The translations under genes were made by a program, and so were the position numbers. The notes beneath the pieces were generated by a model that was given only the letters and a program-made list of their open reading frames with translations, was not told the origin of the DNA and did not search any database. Shown one piece after another: positions 49,725 through 59,749 of a stretch of 64,000 nt of DNA (position 1 is its first letter; each line of letters begins with the position of its first letter). This DNA comes from an uncultured Candidatus Saccharibacteria bacterium (GTDB lineage: Bacteria > Patescibacteriota > Saccharimonadia > Saccharimonadales > UBA10212): contig CAZAAL010000001.1 of the NCBI GenBank assembly GCA_964483315.1, forward strand, positions 122,850 through 186,849. The letters run 5' to 3'.

Positions 49725-51569
49725 GTGACAATGGGTAATAAAAAAGAGGATAAAGCGTCCGAGGATATTAATCCAGCAACCGAAAGTAATGAAGTGGTTT
49801 TAGAGGGTGTATCGAGTGAGGCACAAGCAAGCAAACCTGGCATTAAGGCAAAACTCCACAATTTTAAAAACTGGTACTTAACTCATAAAAAAATAGCGAT
49901 TCCTCTTACAGTTGTGGCGTTACTTTTATTATTAATGCTTGTTCCGTATACTCGATACAAAATCTTAGGACTGTTCATCCAAAAAGACGTAACTGTTTTT
50001 GTAACCGACAGTAAATCAGATTCGGTTGTTAGTGACGCTGACGTTAGTATTGGCTCAGTTAGTTCCAAGACCAACGGTAAAGGGTTGGCTGAGCTAAAGA
50101 ATGTTCCTGTTGGACAATATACACTAAAAGTTACAAAAAAATATTATAATGATAGCCAACAAAATATTACTGTAACAACAGCCGAGAATCAGGCTTTCAA
50201 AGTAAAATTAGAGGCAACAGGTAGGCAGGTTAGTGTAAAGGTAAGCAATAGCATTAGCCAAAAAAGTGTTGAGGGGATTAGTATAAAAGCGGGTGAAGCT
50301 GAGGCTAAGACCGACGATAAGGGGGAGGCTGTATTAGTTTTGCCGGTAGGTACAACTAAAGTGAATGCTGAACTTTCTGGTGAAGGATATGTTGCTAAAA
50401 AAATTGAAATCGAAGCGAGTGATACTGAGATAAAACAAAATGATGAAACGGTTACTCCGGCAGGCAAGATCTACTTTTTATCCAAGGCGAGTGGCAAAAT
50501 CGATGTCGTAAAAACTAACCTAGACGGAACTGACAGAAAGGTAGTGTTAGCCGGGACGGGCAAGGAAGAGGAGTATGGCACAGTATTACTTGCTAGCCGT
50601 GACTGGAAATATTTAGCCTTGCATTCAAAACGGGACGACAAACCGGCCAAACTATACTTAATCGAGACTAATGGCGATAAGTTAACCACAATGGACGAAG
50701 GCGATGCTAGCTTTGATTTAGTTGGTTGGAGCAACGATAAATTTGTCTACAAGGTTACCCGAAATGCTCCAAAGCAGTGGGAGTCAAAAAAGTATGCCCT
50801 TAAAAGCTACGATGCACCTGCTAAAAAAATAAACTTGATTGATGAGTCTCAGGCAATAAAAAAAGATTATACCTATACTGATCCCGAAACAAACACAACT
50901 TTTGTATCTGGCTCAAGTTATGCATGGCAGATTTTTGGGAGTGTTTATATCATCGACTCAAAGCTTATTTATGAAAAAGACTGGTCGCCTGACAGTTTTT
51001 ATTCAGATGTTATAAACGATAAAAAAGACGAAGTTCTGCAAGTATCGGATACTGGTGGTGGTAAAAAACTATTAAAGGATTTCCAAAACATAAGTGGTCA
51101 AGTTAGTTACTTGCAATCATTTTTATATGAGCCTCGTGAAATCTATTACAAAGCTAGCTATAGCGGTGCCGAAAAATACTATGAATATACATCGGATGGT
51201 CAGTTTAAGGAGGACTCTGGTATAAAGAATGATTTTGAAAAATACTATGGCCCGACTGGTTACTACAAGACATACTTGTTATCGCCTTCTGCTAAACAGA
51301 CTTTCTGGTCCGAAGATCGGGATGGCAAACGTGTTTTGTTTACAGGCAATCAAGATGCTGAGGGCGAAAAACAGGTGGCAGTTGTATCGGATGGCCAAAC
51401 CTACGGCTGGTTTACAGATGATTATTTACTAGTTAGTAAAAAGTCTAGCGAACTTTATATTATGCCTCAAACAGGTATATCCAACGAATCCCAACTTGTT
51501 AAAATAAGTGATTATCACAGACCAGCATATCAGTACTATGGCTATGGTGGTGGCTACGGCGGACTTTAA
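49725..51569 (+). CDS. membrane-anchored protein with CarboxypepD_reg-like domains and TolB-like beta-propeller region (paralog A)
   Basis: TM at aa ~55-75. Ig-like segments (VFVTDSKSDSVVSDADVSIG..GQYTLKV). Paralogous to 52374-54341. Confidence 0.5.
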   Translation: MTMGNKKEDKASEDINPATESNEVVLEGVSSEAQASKPGIKAKLHNFKNWYLTHKKIAIPLTVVALLLLLMLVPYTRYKILGLFIQKDVTVFVTDSKSDSVVSDADVSIGSVSSKTNGKGLAELKNVPVGQYTLKVTKKYYNDSQQNITVTTAENQAFKVKLEATGRQVSVKVSNSISQKSVEGISIKAGEAEAKTDDKGEAVLVLPVGTTKVNAELSGEGYVAKKIEIEASDTEIKQNDETVTPAGKIYFLSKASGKIDVVKTNLDGTDRKVVLAGTGKEEEYGTVLLASRDWKYLALHSKRDDKPAKLYLIETNGDKLTTMDEGDASFDLVGWSNDKFVYKVTRNAPKQWESKKYALKSYDAPAKKINLIDESQAIKKDYTYTDPETNTTFVSGSSYAWQIFGSVYIIDSKLIYEKDWSPDSFYSDVINDKKDEVLQVSDTGGGKKLLKDFQNISGQVSYLQSFLYEPREIYYKASYSGAEKYYEYTSDGQFKEDSGIKNDFEKYYGPTGYYKTYLLSPSAKQTFWSEDRDGKRVLFTGNQDAEGEKQVAVVSDGQTYGWFTDDYLLVSKKSSELYIMPQTGISNESQLVKISDYHRPAYQYYGYGGGYGGL

Positions 51570-51679
51570 TACTAACCACATAAATTAACTCAGACAGCTA
51601 TCTACATAATTACACCATATGGTGTAATTATGTAGATGATTTAAGGAGTTATTTTTAGTTAATTTATAAAAAAGTCAAA

Positions 51680-52300
51680 TTATTTGTTAGCTAGGGATTT
51701 CCAGATGTACCAGCTGGCTACCGATTCGTATGGCGACCAACCATTCTTTTTAGCGATTTTTTGCATAACTAAAGCATCTGGTAAAGCTTTTAAGTTGTAT
51801 AAGTGCATAATACCTTTTTTAATTCCCAAATCGCCTACCGGTAAAATGTCGAGCCTACCAACACTAAAAATCATAAACATATCAGCACTCCATTGACCAA
51901 TGCCTTTAACTGAGGTTAGCTGTTGGCTAAGCTCAGAGTTAGGTAAAGTGGCTATATGAGCCATATCCAGACGGCCATCAATGATGTGTTGAGCCAGGTC
52001 TTTCATATAATTTATTTTTTGATAACTAACCCCGCAAGCCCTTATTTTATCGTTGTCAGCAATAAGTAGTTGCTGAGGCGATGGAACTTGGCCATTAAAC
52101 AAATCAATCACTCGTTGCCAAATGGTTGAGGCAGCTTTTGTTGATAACTGTTGGCTTACGATACTACTTACAAGCTCACCGTAATAATCTTTGTGTGGCT
52201 TAATCGTACAGTCGCCATATTTTTTTATGACTGATCCGAGGATTGGATCATTTTTTTCAAGATGATTTTGTGCAATTTTAATTTTAGCTTTAAAGTTCAC
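51680..52300 (-). CDS. HhH-GPD family DNA glycosylase (3-methyladenine DNA glycosylase II/AlkA-like)
   Basis: LTSVKGIGQWSADMFMIFSVGRLDILPVGDLGIKKG carries the helix-hairpin-helix and catalytic Asp. Confidence 0.8.
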   Translation of the reverse strand: MNFKAKIKIAQNHLEKNDPILGSVIKKYGDCTIKPHKDYYGELVSSIVSQQLSTKAASTIWQRVIDLFNGQVPSPQQLLIADNDKIRACGVSYQKINYMKDLAQHIIDGRLDMAHIATLPNSELSQQLTSVKGIGQWSADMFMIFSVGRLDILPVGDLGIKKGIMHLYNLKALPDALVMQKIAKKNGWSPYESVASWYIWKSLANK

Positions 52301-52373
52301 AAGTTCAGTATAACTGCCAATCTGTTAATCCAAAATGTTTATGCTATGATTAAGCAAAGAATACTCAGTAAAA

Positions 52374-54341
52374 ATGGCAAAGATTATTGTAAAAAACCAT
52401 GATGATGAAGAAACCGACAAACTCAGTGTCGAAGAATTAAATGCGCGCCTGAAAGATTCTATAAAAACTGAACCAGATGAAATAACAGAAGAAGAAATTG
52501 AAGATGAGCTAAAACAAAACCTAGAAGACCCTGCTGATGATGAGCAGTGGCTAAACGAGTTTGGCGATGAGCCAGATGAGAAAGATGCTCCCAGCGAACC
52601 TGACAATCCAGAAGATACAAAAGTTGATGAGCAAGAGCTTGATGACGCCGAGCTAAGTCAGGCAGTTGAGGACATAGAAAAAACCGATAGTAACGAACTG
52701 CTGCAAAAACAAGACGAAGAAATTGCAGGGCAAGAGGCAGTATCAACACCAAAAGGGTTAAGGGCTAAAATCAGCCACTATTTTAAAAGCTGGTGGAATA
52801 ACAAACGTCTGCGTAATCTAACCTTTTTAGGTATTGGGATTTTTGTTTTGGCGATAATGCTAATACCTACTACTCGTTACTTTATCTTGAATGCATTTGG
52901 AGTAAGAGCAACATCATCACTTACAGTACTAGACTTAACTACCAGTCAGCCATTAAAAAACGTAACAGTTGAGCTCGCTGGACAATCTGCTCAAACAGGC
53001 AGTGATGGAAAAGCTTATCTGAGCAACTTAAAACTTGGCCCAACCCAACTTTATATTCATAAAACTGCCTTTGCTGATGTTACCCAGGACATGACGATTG
53101 GTTTGGGCTCTAACCCTTTAGGAGAATTTAAACTTAAAGCAACAGGGGCTCAGTATAGCTTTGTTGTAACTGATTGGCTTAGCGGGCAACCCATCGAAAA
53201 GGTTGAAGCAAGCTCCGGTGATGCTAGTGCGGTATCTGATAAGGACGGAAAAGTTGTATTGACTGTACCTAACCCAGAATCCGAAACAGTCGAAGTCCAA
53301 ATATCTTACAATAACTACCGAACCGAAAAAGTAAAAATCAACGCGGATGATAAATCTGTCCAAAAAATATCGATTGTGCCTGCCAGAAAACACATATTTG
53401 TGAGCAATAGAACAGGTAAATTTGATGTATATAAAATTGATGTTGATGGTAAGAACGAACAAGTTTTGTTGGCTGGAACAGGCAGCGAGCGCGATGACAT
53501 GGTTTTAATGCCACAATACGATGGTGGGGTAGTCGCACTTGTATCTACACGAGAAAATATTCGCAACAAAGATGGGTATCTGATGAGTGGACTTTACATG
53601 GTAGATGTAAAAACTGGCACAACCAAAAAAGTAGTTAGTTCAGAACGTATTCAGCCGATTCAGTGGATAGGCAAGCGTTTAATCTATGTAACAATCGCCG
53701 AAGGCGCAAGTGCCGAAAACCCAAAACGTCACAGACTGATGACCTATAATCTAGACGAAAATACCAACAAAGAGATATCAGCAACAAATTACTTTAATGA
53801 TGTTATGGTAGCGGCTGGTAGGGTTTACTATGCACCAAGCAACGCATACAATATCAATCCAGCCAACGCTCGATTATTTGTGGTTAATGCTGATGGTGGC
53901 AATAAGCAGACCATCTTAGGGCAAGAAGTTTGGAATATATTTAGATCAAGCTATGAAAAATTATCACTTGCCACGTCTACTGATTGGTATAGCTATAAAC
54001 TAGGTGATTCAACTGCTGTAAAACTAGGCGGTCCACCATCTAATCAAACTAGCCGACTTTATGTTGATAATAATGATTTTACAAAGTCAGTATGGAGCGA
54101 AGAACGTGACGGAAAAGGCACTTTGCTAGAGTATGATATTAAATCAACCAAGGATAAATTACTAAAATCTCAAGCGGGCATTAAAGCCCCATATTATTGG
54201 TTAAGTCCGAGCTATATTGTTTATAGACTCAATAGTGACACCGAAACAGCTGATTATGTAATTAGTACGCAGGGTGGTGAAGCTAAAAAAATTAAAGATG
54301 TGTCTAATATCGGTGGCATAGATCGTTGGTACTACTATTAA
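52374..54341 (+). CDS. membrane-anchored protein with CarboxypepD_reg-like domains and TolB-like beta-propeller region (paralog B)
   Basis: Acidic N-terminal 130 aa, a TM helix, then the same domain order as 49725-51569 (e.g. KFDVYKIDVDGKNEQVLLAGTGSERDD versus KIDVVKTNLDGTDRKVVLAGTGKEEEYG). Confidence 0.5.
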   Translation: MAKIIVKNHDDEETDKLSVEELNARLKDSIKTEPDEITEEEIEDELKQNLEDPADDEQWLNEFGDEPDEKDAPSEPDNPEDTKVDEQELDDAELSQAVEDIEKTDSNELLQKQDEEIAGQEAVSTPKGLRAKISHYFKSWWNNKRLRNLTFLGIGIFVLAIMLIPTTRYFILNAFGVRATSSLTVLDLTTSQPLKNVTVELAGQSAQTGSDGKAYLSNLKLGPTQLYIHKTAFADVTQDMTIGLGSNPLGEFKLKATGAQYSFVVTDWLSGQPIEKVEASSGDASAVSDKDGKVVLTVPNPESETVEVQISYNNYRTEKVKINADDKSVQKISIVPARKHIFVSNRTGKFDVYKIDVDGKNEQVLLAGTGSERDDMVLMPQYDGGVVALVSTRENIRNKDGYLMSGLYMVDVKTGTTKKVVSSERIQPIQWIGKRLIYVTIAEGASAENPKRHRLMTYNLDENTNKEISATNYFNDVMVAAGRVYYAPSNAYNINPANARLFVVNADGGNKQTILGQEVWNIFRSSYEKLSLATSTDWYSYKLGDSTAVKLGGPPSNQTSRLYVDNNDFTKSVWSEERDGKGTLLEYDIKSTKDKLLKSQAGIKAPYYWLSPSYIVYRLNSDTETADYVISTQGGEAKKIKDVSNIGGIDRWYYY

Positions 54342-54351
54342 CGCTTTGCTT

Positions 54352-54438
54352 ATGAGAAAAACCTAGGTTTTTCTCATCGGACCTGACGTAATAAATCCGT
54401 CTTTCAGCCTTTGGCTGAAACCGGTCCTGCTCTTTTCC
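54352..54438 (+). repeat. structured repeat element, copy 2
   Basis: Hairpin A ATGAGAAAAACC ta GGTTTTTCTCAT, then the outer stem CGGACC/GGTCCG enclosing hairpins GACG..CGTC and TTTCAGCC..GGCTGAAA, then UGCUCUUUUCC. Begins 10 nt after the stop of 52374-54341. Confidence 0.6.
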
Positions 54439-54458
54439 TAAAAATTACTTAAGCTGAG

Positions 54459-54488
54459 GTTTATTTGAGATTACGCTTATGCTACAAT
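54459..54488 (+). promoter_or_regulatory. promoter-like motif (GTTTAT-18-TACAAT with TGc extended -10) for gene 54523
   Basis: ATTACGCTTATGCTACAAT is shared with 43771-43795. An SD (aaagagggga) follows. Confidence 0.4.
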
Positions 54489-54522
54489 TCTCTAGTAGAA
54501 AATCAATCAAAAGAGGGGAAGC

Positions 54523-55167
54523 ATGTTAATTAAATCTTTACTCGCAATTGCTATATTTGCACTAAGCTTTAATGCTGTTGGTGTTATAGCCCTTGCTCAA
54601 ACTGGTGGTAATACAACCACTCAACCAACTACTACAGATGTTAAATCAACCGATAAAAATTTGTCACAAAGGATTGCTGAGCGCAAAGCAGCTTTAAAAA
54701 CGACTTTAGACGCAGCTGCACAAACTAGAATCAAGGCAAAGTGCGCAGCCGCTCAAAAATTAGTTACAGCGTCAAAAACTAGATCCGATAAAGCCATCCA
54801 AAATCGTCAAAAAGCCTATGAATCAATCAGCGCTAGAATGGCGAATCTGCTAACCGTTTTAGAAAAAAATAATGTAGACACTACCACCATTAAAGACCTA
54901 CAAGCACAGGTTAAAACAGCAGTTGAGAAGCTAAAAACCGACGTCAATACCTATAACCAGACTTTAACAGACTTGTCAGCGATGGACTGCACAGCTGATC
55001 CAACTGGCTTTAAGGCTTTACTTGATACAGCACGGACACAACGACAGCAAGTTGCTAAAGATGCTGCAGCCCTTAGAACACTAACAGGCAAAATTACTGC
55101 AGAGTTGGCTAAGATTAAAGGTCAAAATGCTACTACAAATACAAATTCAACAGGTGGAGGTAACTAA
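54523..55167 (+). CDS. secreted coiled-coil hypothetical protein
   Basis: Signal peptide MLIKSLLAIAIFALSFNAVGVIALA. A/K/T-rich helical repeats. Confidence 0.5.
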   Translation: MLIKSLLAIAIFALSFNAVGVIALAQTGGNTTTQPTTTDVKSTDKNLSQRIAERKAALKTTLDAAAQTRIKAKCAAAQKLVTASKTRSDKAIQNRQKAYESISARMANLLTVLEKNNVDTTTIKDLQAQVKTAVEKLKTDVNTYNQTLTDLSAMDCTADPTGFKALLDTARTQRQQVAKDAAALRTLTGKITAELAKIKGQNATTNTNSTGGGN

Positions 55168-55169
55168 AA

Positions 55170-55742
55170 ATGGATATATTGGGTAGGCATCCACATCAAA
55201 ACAACAATAGTACAGATGGAGTTTCACCTCCGCCAAGGCCACAAGGATATAGCGATCCGTCAAGCCGAGCAAATATGGATGGGTTTACGCCTGCTCCTCA
55301 GCCAGCGCCTCAGCCAGTTCAGCCAACTCAACCTCAACCTGCGCCTGTGCCCCAAAACCATAGTGGTCATCAGCAAGGTTCGACTGATTTTCAGCAACCG
55401 AGCCAACCGTTAAACGAAGCTCCACAGCCTCAACCTCAAGTCTTAGAGCCAACGCATGAACATCATCGTTCATCAAAACCTGTTATTCTTGCGATAATTA
55501 CTTTATTAATTGCTTCAGGCTTAGCAGTCGCGGTGTTCTTTGCCTTTAGGCCAGAGACCGAAATAAAATCCAACAAGGTTAATGTGCCAACCAGTTCAAA
55601 AACCAATACCAGCAGTTCGACCACCAATACTGCCGATGAAGTAGATTCGGCAACTAGCGACATCAACAAACAAGTCGAGGGACTAAATGATGCTCAGGAC
55701 TTTGCAGATACCGAACTAAGCGATCAATCGCTCGGACTGTAA
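55170..55742 (+). CDS. Pro/Gln-rich membrane-anchored hypothetical protein
   Basis: P/Q low-complexity N-terminal half. TM helix VILAIITLLIASGLAVAVFFAF. Confidence 0.45.
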   Translation: MDILGRHPHQNNNSTDGVSPPPRPQGYSDPSSRANMDGFTPAPQPAPQPVQPTQPQPAPVPQNHSGHQQGSTDFQQPSQPLNEAPQPQPQVLEPTHEHHRSSKPVILAIITLLIASGLAVAVFFAFRPETEIKSNKVNVPTSSKTNTSSSTTNTADEVDSATSDINKQVEGLNDAQDFADTELSDQSLGL

Positions 55743-55745
55743 TTC

Positions 55746-56600
55746 TTACATTTTAATCTTTGCTTTATCAAAATCTTTTTTAAGTTGAGTTAAAAACTCG
55801 CTCTTAATTTGTTTTTGGCTACTAATTGAGACTTTTCCAAGAATTTTTACGGTTATACCGTCACTACCGATTGCCGAAACACGTTCAAAGGCTGGTGGCT
55901 CAGAAATTTTATGAGCAAATTCAGGGATGTCTGCAACTTTTTTGCCTGCTGCGTTGATGACTTGTTCAAGTAATTTAATATCTGTATCAGCCTTTACTTT
56001 AATTTCTTCGTGGATTCTGCCATAGTCCATAGTTCGATTGGTAGTCAAGGTAATGCTACCATTTGGGATATGGTGGACATAGCCGTTCAAATCTCTGAGC
56101 ACAGTCGTTCTTATGGTGATGTTTTCGACCTTTCCGCTTACGTTGTTAATTGTAACGATATCACCTACGCGGTATTGATTTTCAAAAATAATGAACATCC
56201 CATTTGTAAAATCCTTTATTAAGCTTTGTGCGCCAAAGGCTAAACCAAACCCAATGATGCCAGCGCTAGCAAATAAAGTAGCTGCATAGCTTGGCTTAAG
56301 TTCGCTAATTATAAGGATAATAGCAATCGTCCACGTGCCGACCGTAAATACTGCACGTATGATGCTTGAAAGAGTCTTTAGGCGTTTTTTTCTGTCTGTC
56401 TCGGTAGGATAAAGATCTGCTCGCACAGTGCCCTTAATTACTTTCATCACGAACGGTGGGCCCATTTTTCGTACAACCCAAGCTATAAATAGTATGAGCG
56501 CTATGTTGATTAGATGAGCTTCTAGCCAGACGGTTAAATTGTCATAATAATTGCGATATAGTGGCTCAGTTTCGGCTTGGGCAAATAAAAACATAACCAT
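55746..56600 (-). CDS. small-conductance mechanosensitive channel (MscS family)
   Basis: TM3-like ASAGIIGFGLAFGAQSLIKDFTNGMFIIFENQYRVGDIV is the MscS signature. Confidence 0.85.
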   Translation of the reverse strand: MVMFLFAQAETEPLYRNYYDNLTVWLEAHLINIALILFIAWVVRKMGPPFVMKVIKGTVRADLYPTETDRKKRLKTLSSIIRAVFTVGTWTIAIILIISELKPSYAATLFASAGIIGFGLAFGAQSLIKDFTNGMFIIFENQYRVGDIVTINNVSGKVENITIRTTVLRDLNGYVHHIPNGSITLTTNRTMDYGRIHEEIKVKADTDIKLLEQVINAAGKKVADIPEFAHKISEPPAFERVSAIGSDGITVKILGKVSISSQKQIKSEFLTQLKKDFDKAKIKM

Positions 56601-56623
56601 TTAAGTATAACCTAAAAACTTCT

Positions 56624-57931
56624 CTATTGTTTATGGCTGAACTTGGATCTAACCCATTCGTCTAAGCTGTCGCCACCACCCCCGCTTAAACAAACCACCA
56701 GATCATTATTAGCTAAGTGTTTGGCGATATTATTTTGGAGTTGATCATCCAAACTAGCTGGCTCAGCAATTAATTTTAACTTAGGATTAAGTTCGTCAAT
56801 CAACTCGCTTGGGCTAAGAATTTTTTGATTTGGATCTTCACGAGCTAGATGACTTGGGACCCAGTATATTTTATTGGCTCCTTCAAATACATCCTTATGC
56901 AGATGTTTCATGTAATGCATTCGTCGGTTGGTCAAAGGCTCATAAACTATTACAAGTTTTTGGTTAGGTAATAGCGATTCTTTTGCGACGCTCATAACAC
57001 CCTGAATTTTTTCAGGAGTGTGAGCATAGTCGCTGTATAGATTTTGTGTAATTTTTTCGAACCTTCTAGACAATCCAGGAAAGTTACTTAACACGTTAAC
57101 TAATTTATCAATTGGTATGTCTAAAATATTACTCATTGAAGTCGCCACCAAAAACGCATCTCGCCTGTTAAACCGACCCTTTAGATTAATTAAGTTAATT
57201 CTAGGATCAGATGGATCAAGGACGATAGATTTATCATCAGGATCAAAATTTAAATATTGCTTATCTTCTTGCCAGACAACTTTAAAATGGCTTTGATCTA
57301 AAAATTGTAAAAAAGCTTGATTATAATTATCTTTGGTTGGGAATATTTCATGATGGTCCCAGCTGACCCCAGTTATCATTGATACATATGGTGTAAATGC
57401 TAAAAAGTTTCTATCAAACTCATCACACTCATAAACAAAGTACTGACTTTTTGGATCAAAGTGTCCCATATCTCCAAAACCTAGCTTTGCACCTACGGAA
57501 TAGCTGATTGACAGGTTAAGTTTTTTAAACGCCCATATAGCCATGGCTGTTGTTGTGGTTTTACCATGAGTGCCCGCAATGGCAAGCATTTTTAAGTTTT
57601 TTTCTTCAAGAATTTGATTTAATAACTCATCACGTTTAGACATTTTAATGTTATTTTGTCGGCAAAAAACTAGTTCGGGATGGTTAGGGTTTTCTTTTTC
57701 AACTGCTGAACTATACACATACCAATCAATTGATTTTTGTTGGTGATAATTTTTAATAAACTCATCTGTTGTTCCGATCCCAATATTTTCGATGCCAGCC
57801 TTACGGAGTAAGTTCAAATATGGGCTACTGTCTTTTTTATCGGTGCCACTTACGTCGTATCCAGCTTGTTTGGCGATTAGCGCTAAGGGGCTGATTCCGC
57901 CACCGCCAATGTATGAAAAGAAAATATGCAT
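56624..57931 (-). CDS. Mur ligase family protein (MurC/Mpl-like UDP-N-acetylmuramate--L-alanine ligase)
   Basis: N-terminal HIFFSYIGGGGISPLALIA (compare MurC HIHFIGIGGxGMS). ATP-binding AIAGTHGKTTTTAM. Confidence 0.7.
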   Translation of the reverse strand: MHIFFSYIGGGGISPLALIAKQAGYDVSGTDKKDSSPYLNLLRKAGIENIGIGTTDEFIKNYHQQKSIDWYVYSSAVEKENPNHPELVFCRQNNIKMSKRDELLNQILEEKNLKMLAIAGTHGKTTTTAMAIWAFKKLNLSISYSVGAKLGFGDMGHFDPKSQYFVYECDEFDRNFLAFTPYVSMITGVSWDHHEIFPTKDNYNQAFLQFLDQSHFKVVWQEDKQYLNFDPDDKSIVLDPSDPRINLINLKGRFNRRDAFLVATSMSNILDIPIDKLVNVLSNFPGLSRRFEKITQNLYSDYAHTPEKIQGVMSVAKESLLPNQKLVIVYEPLTNRRMHYMKHLHKDVFEGANKIYWVPSHLAREDPNQKILSPSELIDELNPKLKLIAEPASLDDQLQNNIAKHLANNDLVVCLSGGGGDSLDEWVRSKFSHKQ

Positions 57932-57999
57932 ACAAATAGTTTAACTGATTTTCGAGTAAAAGATGGTCAATAAACTGCTAAAGCTTTATAGTTTTATAT

Positions 58000-58611
58000 A
58001 TGCATAAACGCAGATTGCATCACTACTGGCATATGCTTCGAGGATCTAACTATTGGGTATTTTTCGTAATTTTTGTAATAAGCGGTCTGATATCGATTTA
58101 CGCACTCAGACAAAATAACCTAACAATGCTTAGGCTAAGAGAAGCTGTTTATGTTGCAGATAAAAATAACGGGGATACTGAATCTGCACTTAAGGATCTA
58201 CGCGTATACATTTACTCTCATATGAATACCAGCCCATCTAGTGGCGGTATTGCCATAAAGCCTCCTATTCAACTCAAATATACATATGAACGGCTTGTGT
58301 TGGCCGAAAAGGCTCGTGTAGCTGCTGCCAACACTAAAATTTATAGTAATGCCCAAAGTTATTGCGAATCACAAATAGATTCTTTTAGTGGTCGGAGCAG
58401 GGTGCCGTGTATCGAAGATTATGTGGCCAAAAACGGTGTAAATGAAAAACCAATTGAGGATAGCCTATACAAATTCGATTTTGTTAGCCCAAAATGGTCA
58501 GCAGATGTAGCCGGTATTAGCTTATTGGTCTCAATAGTAAGTTTGGTAGTATTTGCAGTATTATTTTTGTTAGATAAATGGGCTAGGTGGGAGTTAAGTC
58601 GTCATCAATAA
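58000..58611 (+). CDS. hypothetical two-TM membrane protein
   Basis: 203 aa with N- and C-terminal TM helices. Confidence 0.45.
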   Translation: MHKRRLHHYWHMLRGSNYWVFFVIFVISGLISIYALRQNNLTMLRLREAVYVADKNNGDTESALKDLRVYIYSHMNTSPSSGGIAIKPPIQLKYTYERLVLAEKARVAAANTKIYSNAQSYCESQIDSFSGRSRVPCIEDYVAKNGVNEKPIEDSLYKFDFVSPKWSADVAGISLLVSIVSLVVFAVLFLLDKWARWELSRHQ

Positions 58612-58642
58612 AAAACCACCCACACGAGGGTGGGTGGTTTAA
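58611..58642. terminator. bidirectional rho-independent terminator between convergent genes
   Basis: aaaaaCCACCCACacgagGGTGGGTGGttt: a perfect 8-bp GC-rich stem flanked by A and T runs on both strands. Confidence 0.7.
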
Positions 58643-58658
58643 CTAGTTTAAGCTTAAA

Positions 58659-59282
58659 CTAGTTTCCTGAATTATTGTTCTTGTTGGTGTTGGTATTCGT
58701 ATTGGTGTTAGTGTTGTTTGATTCGGTTGATTGGTTCGCTGCATCTGGATTTTCGTTGTATTTGTTGATAGCTTCAACGACTTTACCGTCGTTCTTAATG
58801 TTCTCCCAGAAAGTAACTTGTGAAGTGTTGATTACCATAGTGTCGTCTGGACTATGCAACTCGCCTTTGCCAAGTTTTTGTAGTACCAAGTTGTTATTGT
58901 TGTTGCTAGATTGACCAGGTTGTACATTACTTGTTTGATTTACCTGAAGGTAAAAAACATCATCCAAAAGCATGTAATCATTGTTCAATTTTGTAATTTT
59001 ACCAAAATATACCTGGTTGTTATTTAAGAACACGGCTTGATAACGGCTTTCATCTACATATTTAGCTTGACCTGTATTCCGGCCATTGCCAGTAAAGAGT
59101 GAAACTATTAGTAACACTAAAATTATACCGACTCCGCCAACTAGAACTAAAAACAAATAGCGAGATAAGCTAGATTCGCCACGTTTCTTACCACGATGTC
59201 CACCTGTGTCGCCATTTAATGTTGTGCCTGATGCTGTTTGTGGTGCGGGGGTTTGACCTCGTCCGCGAGACATAAATTCCAT
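58659..59282 (-). CDS. membrane-anchored hypothetical protein with N/T-repeat tail
   Basis: TM helix LFLVLVGGVGIILVLLIV. C-terminal NTNTNTNTNTNKNNNSGN, encoded by imperfect GTTGGT/ATTGGT repeats. Confidence 0.45.
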   Translation of the reverse strand: MEFMSRGRGQTPAPQTASGTTLNGDTGGHRGKKRGESSLSRYLFLVLVGGVGIILVLLIVSLFTGNGRNTGQAKYVDESRYQAVFLNNNQVYFGKITKLNNDYMLLDDVFYLQVNQTSNVQPGQSSNNNNNLVLQKLGKGELHSPDDTMVINTSQVTFWENIKNDGKVVEAINKYNENPDAANQSTESNNTNTNTNTNTNKNNNSGN

Positions 59283-59450
59283 ATAGTGTTTCCACCCTCT
59301 CCTTATCTTTATATACCATGTATATTACGACATAAGCGTTTTGGCTTCAAGCACATTTTAAGGTTAAAAAATTAAAAAGGTGTTGACAATCGAATTCTCA
59401 AAGGAGTATGTTAGGAGTACTATTAATAACCTAACAGAGAGGGACAAGGG

Positions 59451-59651
59451 ATGGCTTACAAGCACACTAATAGTAAAGGCGTAACTTACTACTTAAATTC
59501 AAAAGAGGTAACTCTACGCGGTGGTAAAAAGCAAACTATTTATTACTTTTCTAAAGACGATCGACCAGAAACTGGTTGCGAATTGCCAGCAGGCATGAGT
59601 GTTAACGAAAATCCACGAAACGGATTTTTAACTGTAAAGCGCGACAAATAG
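59451..59651 (+). CDS. small hypothetical protein (66 aa)
   Basis: TTGACA-17-TATGTT promoter-like sequence and SD gagaggga upstream. A strong terminator follows. Confidence 0.4.
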   Translation: MAYKHTNSKGVTYYLNSKEVTLRGGKKQTIYYFSKDDRPETGCELPAGMSVNENPRNGFLTVKRDK

Positions 59652-59668
59652 TTTTACTTTCGTTAATA

Positions 59669-59701
59669 AAAATACCCACAAAGTCTTTGTGGGTATTTTT
59701 T
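59669..59701 (+). terminator. rho-independent terminator
   Basis: aaaaTACCCACAAAGtcTTTGTGGGTAtttttt. Confidence 0.75.
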
Positions 59702-59749
59702 AATTTTGGCTTATTAATATCAGCATCTGTCCTCTATAATAAATAGCAG

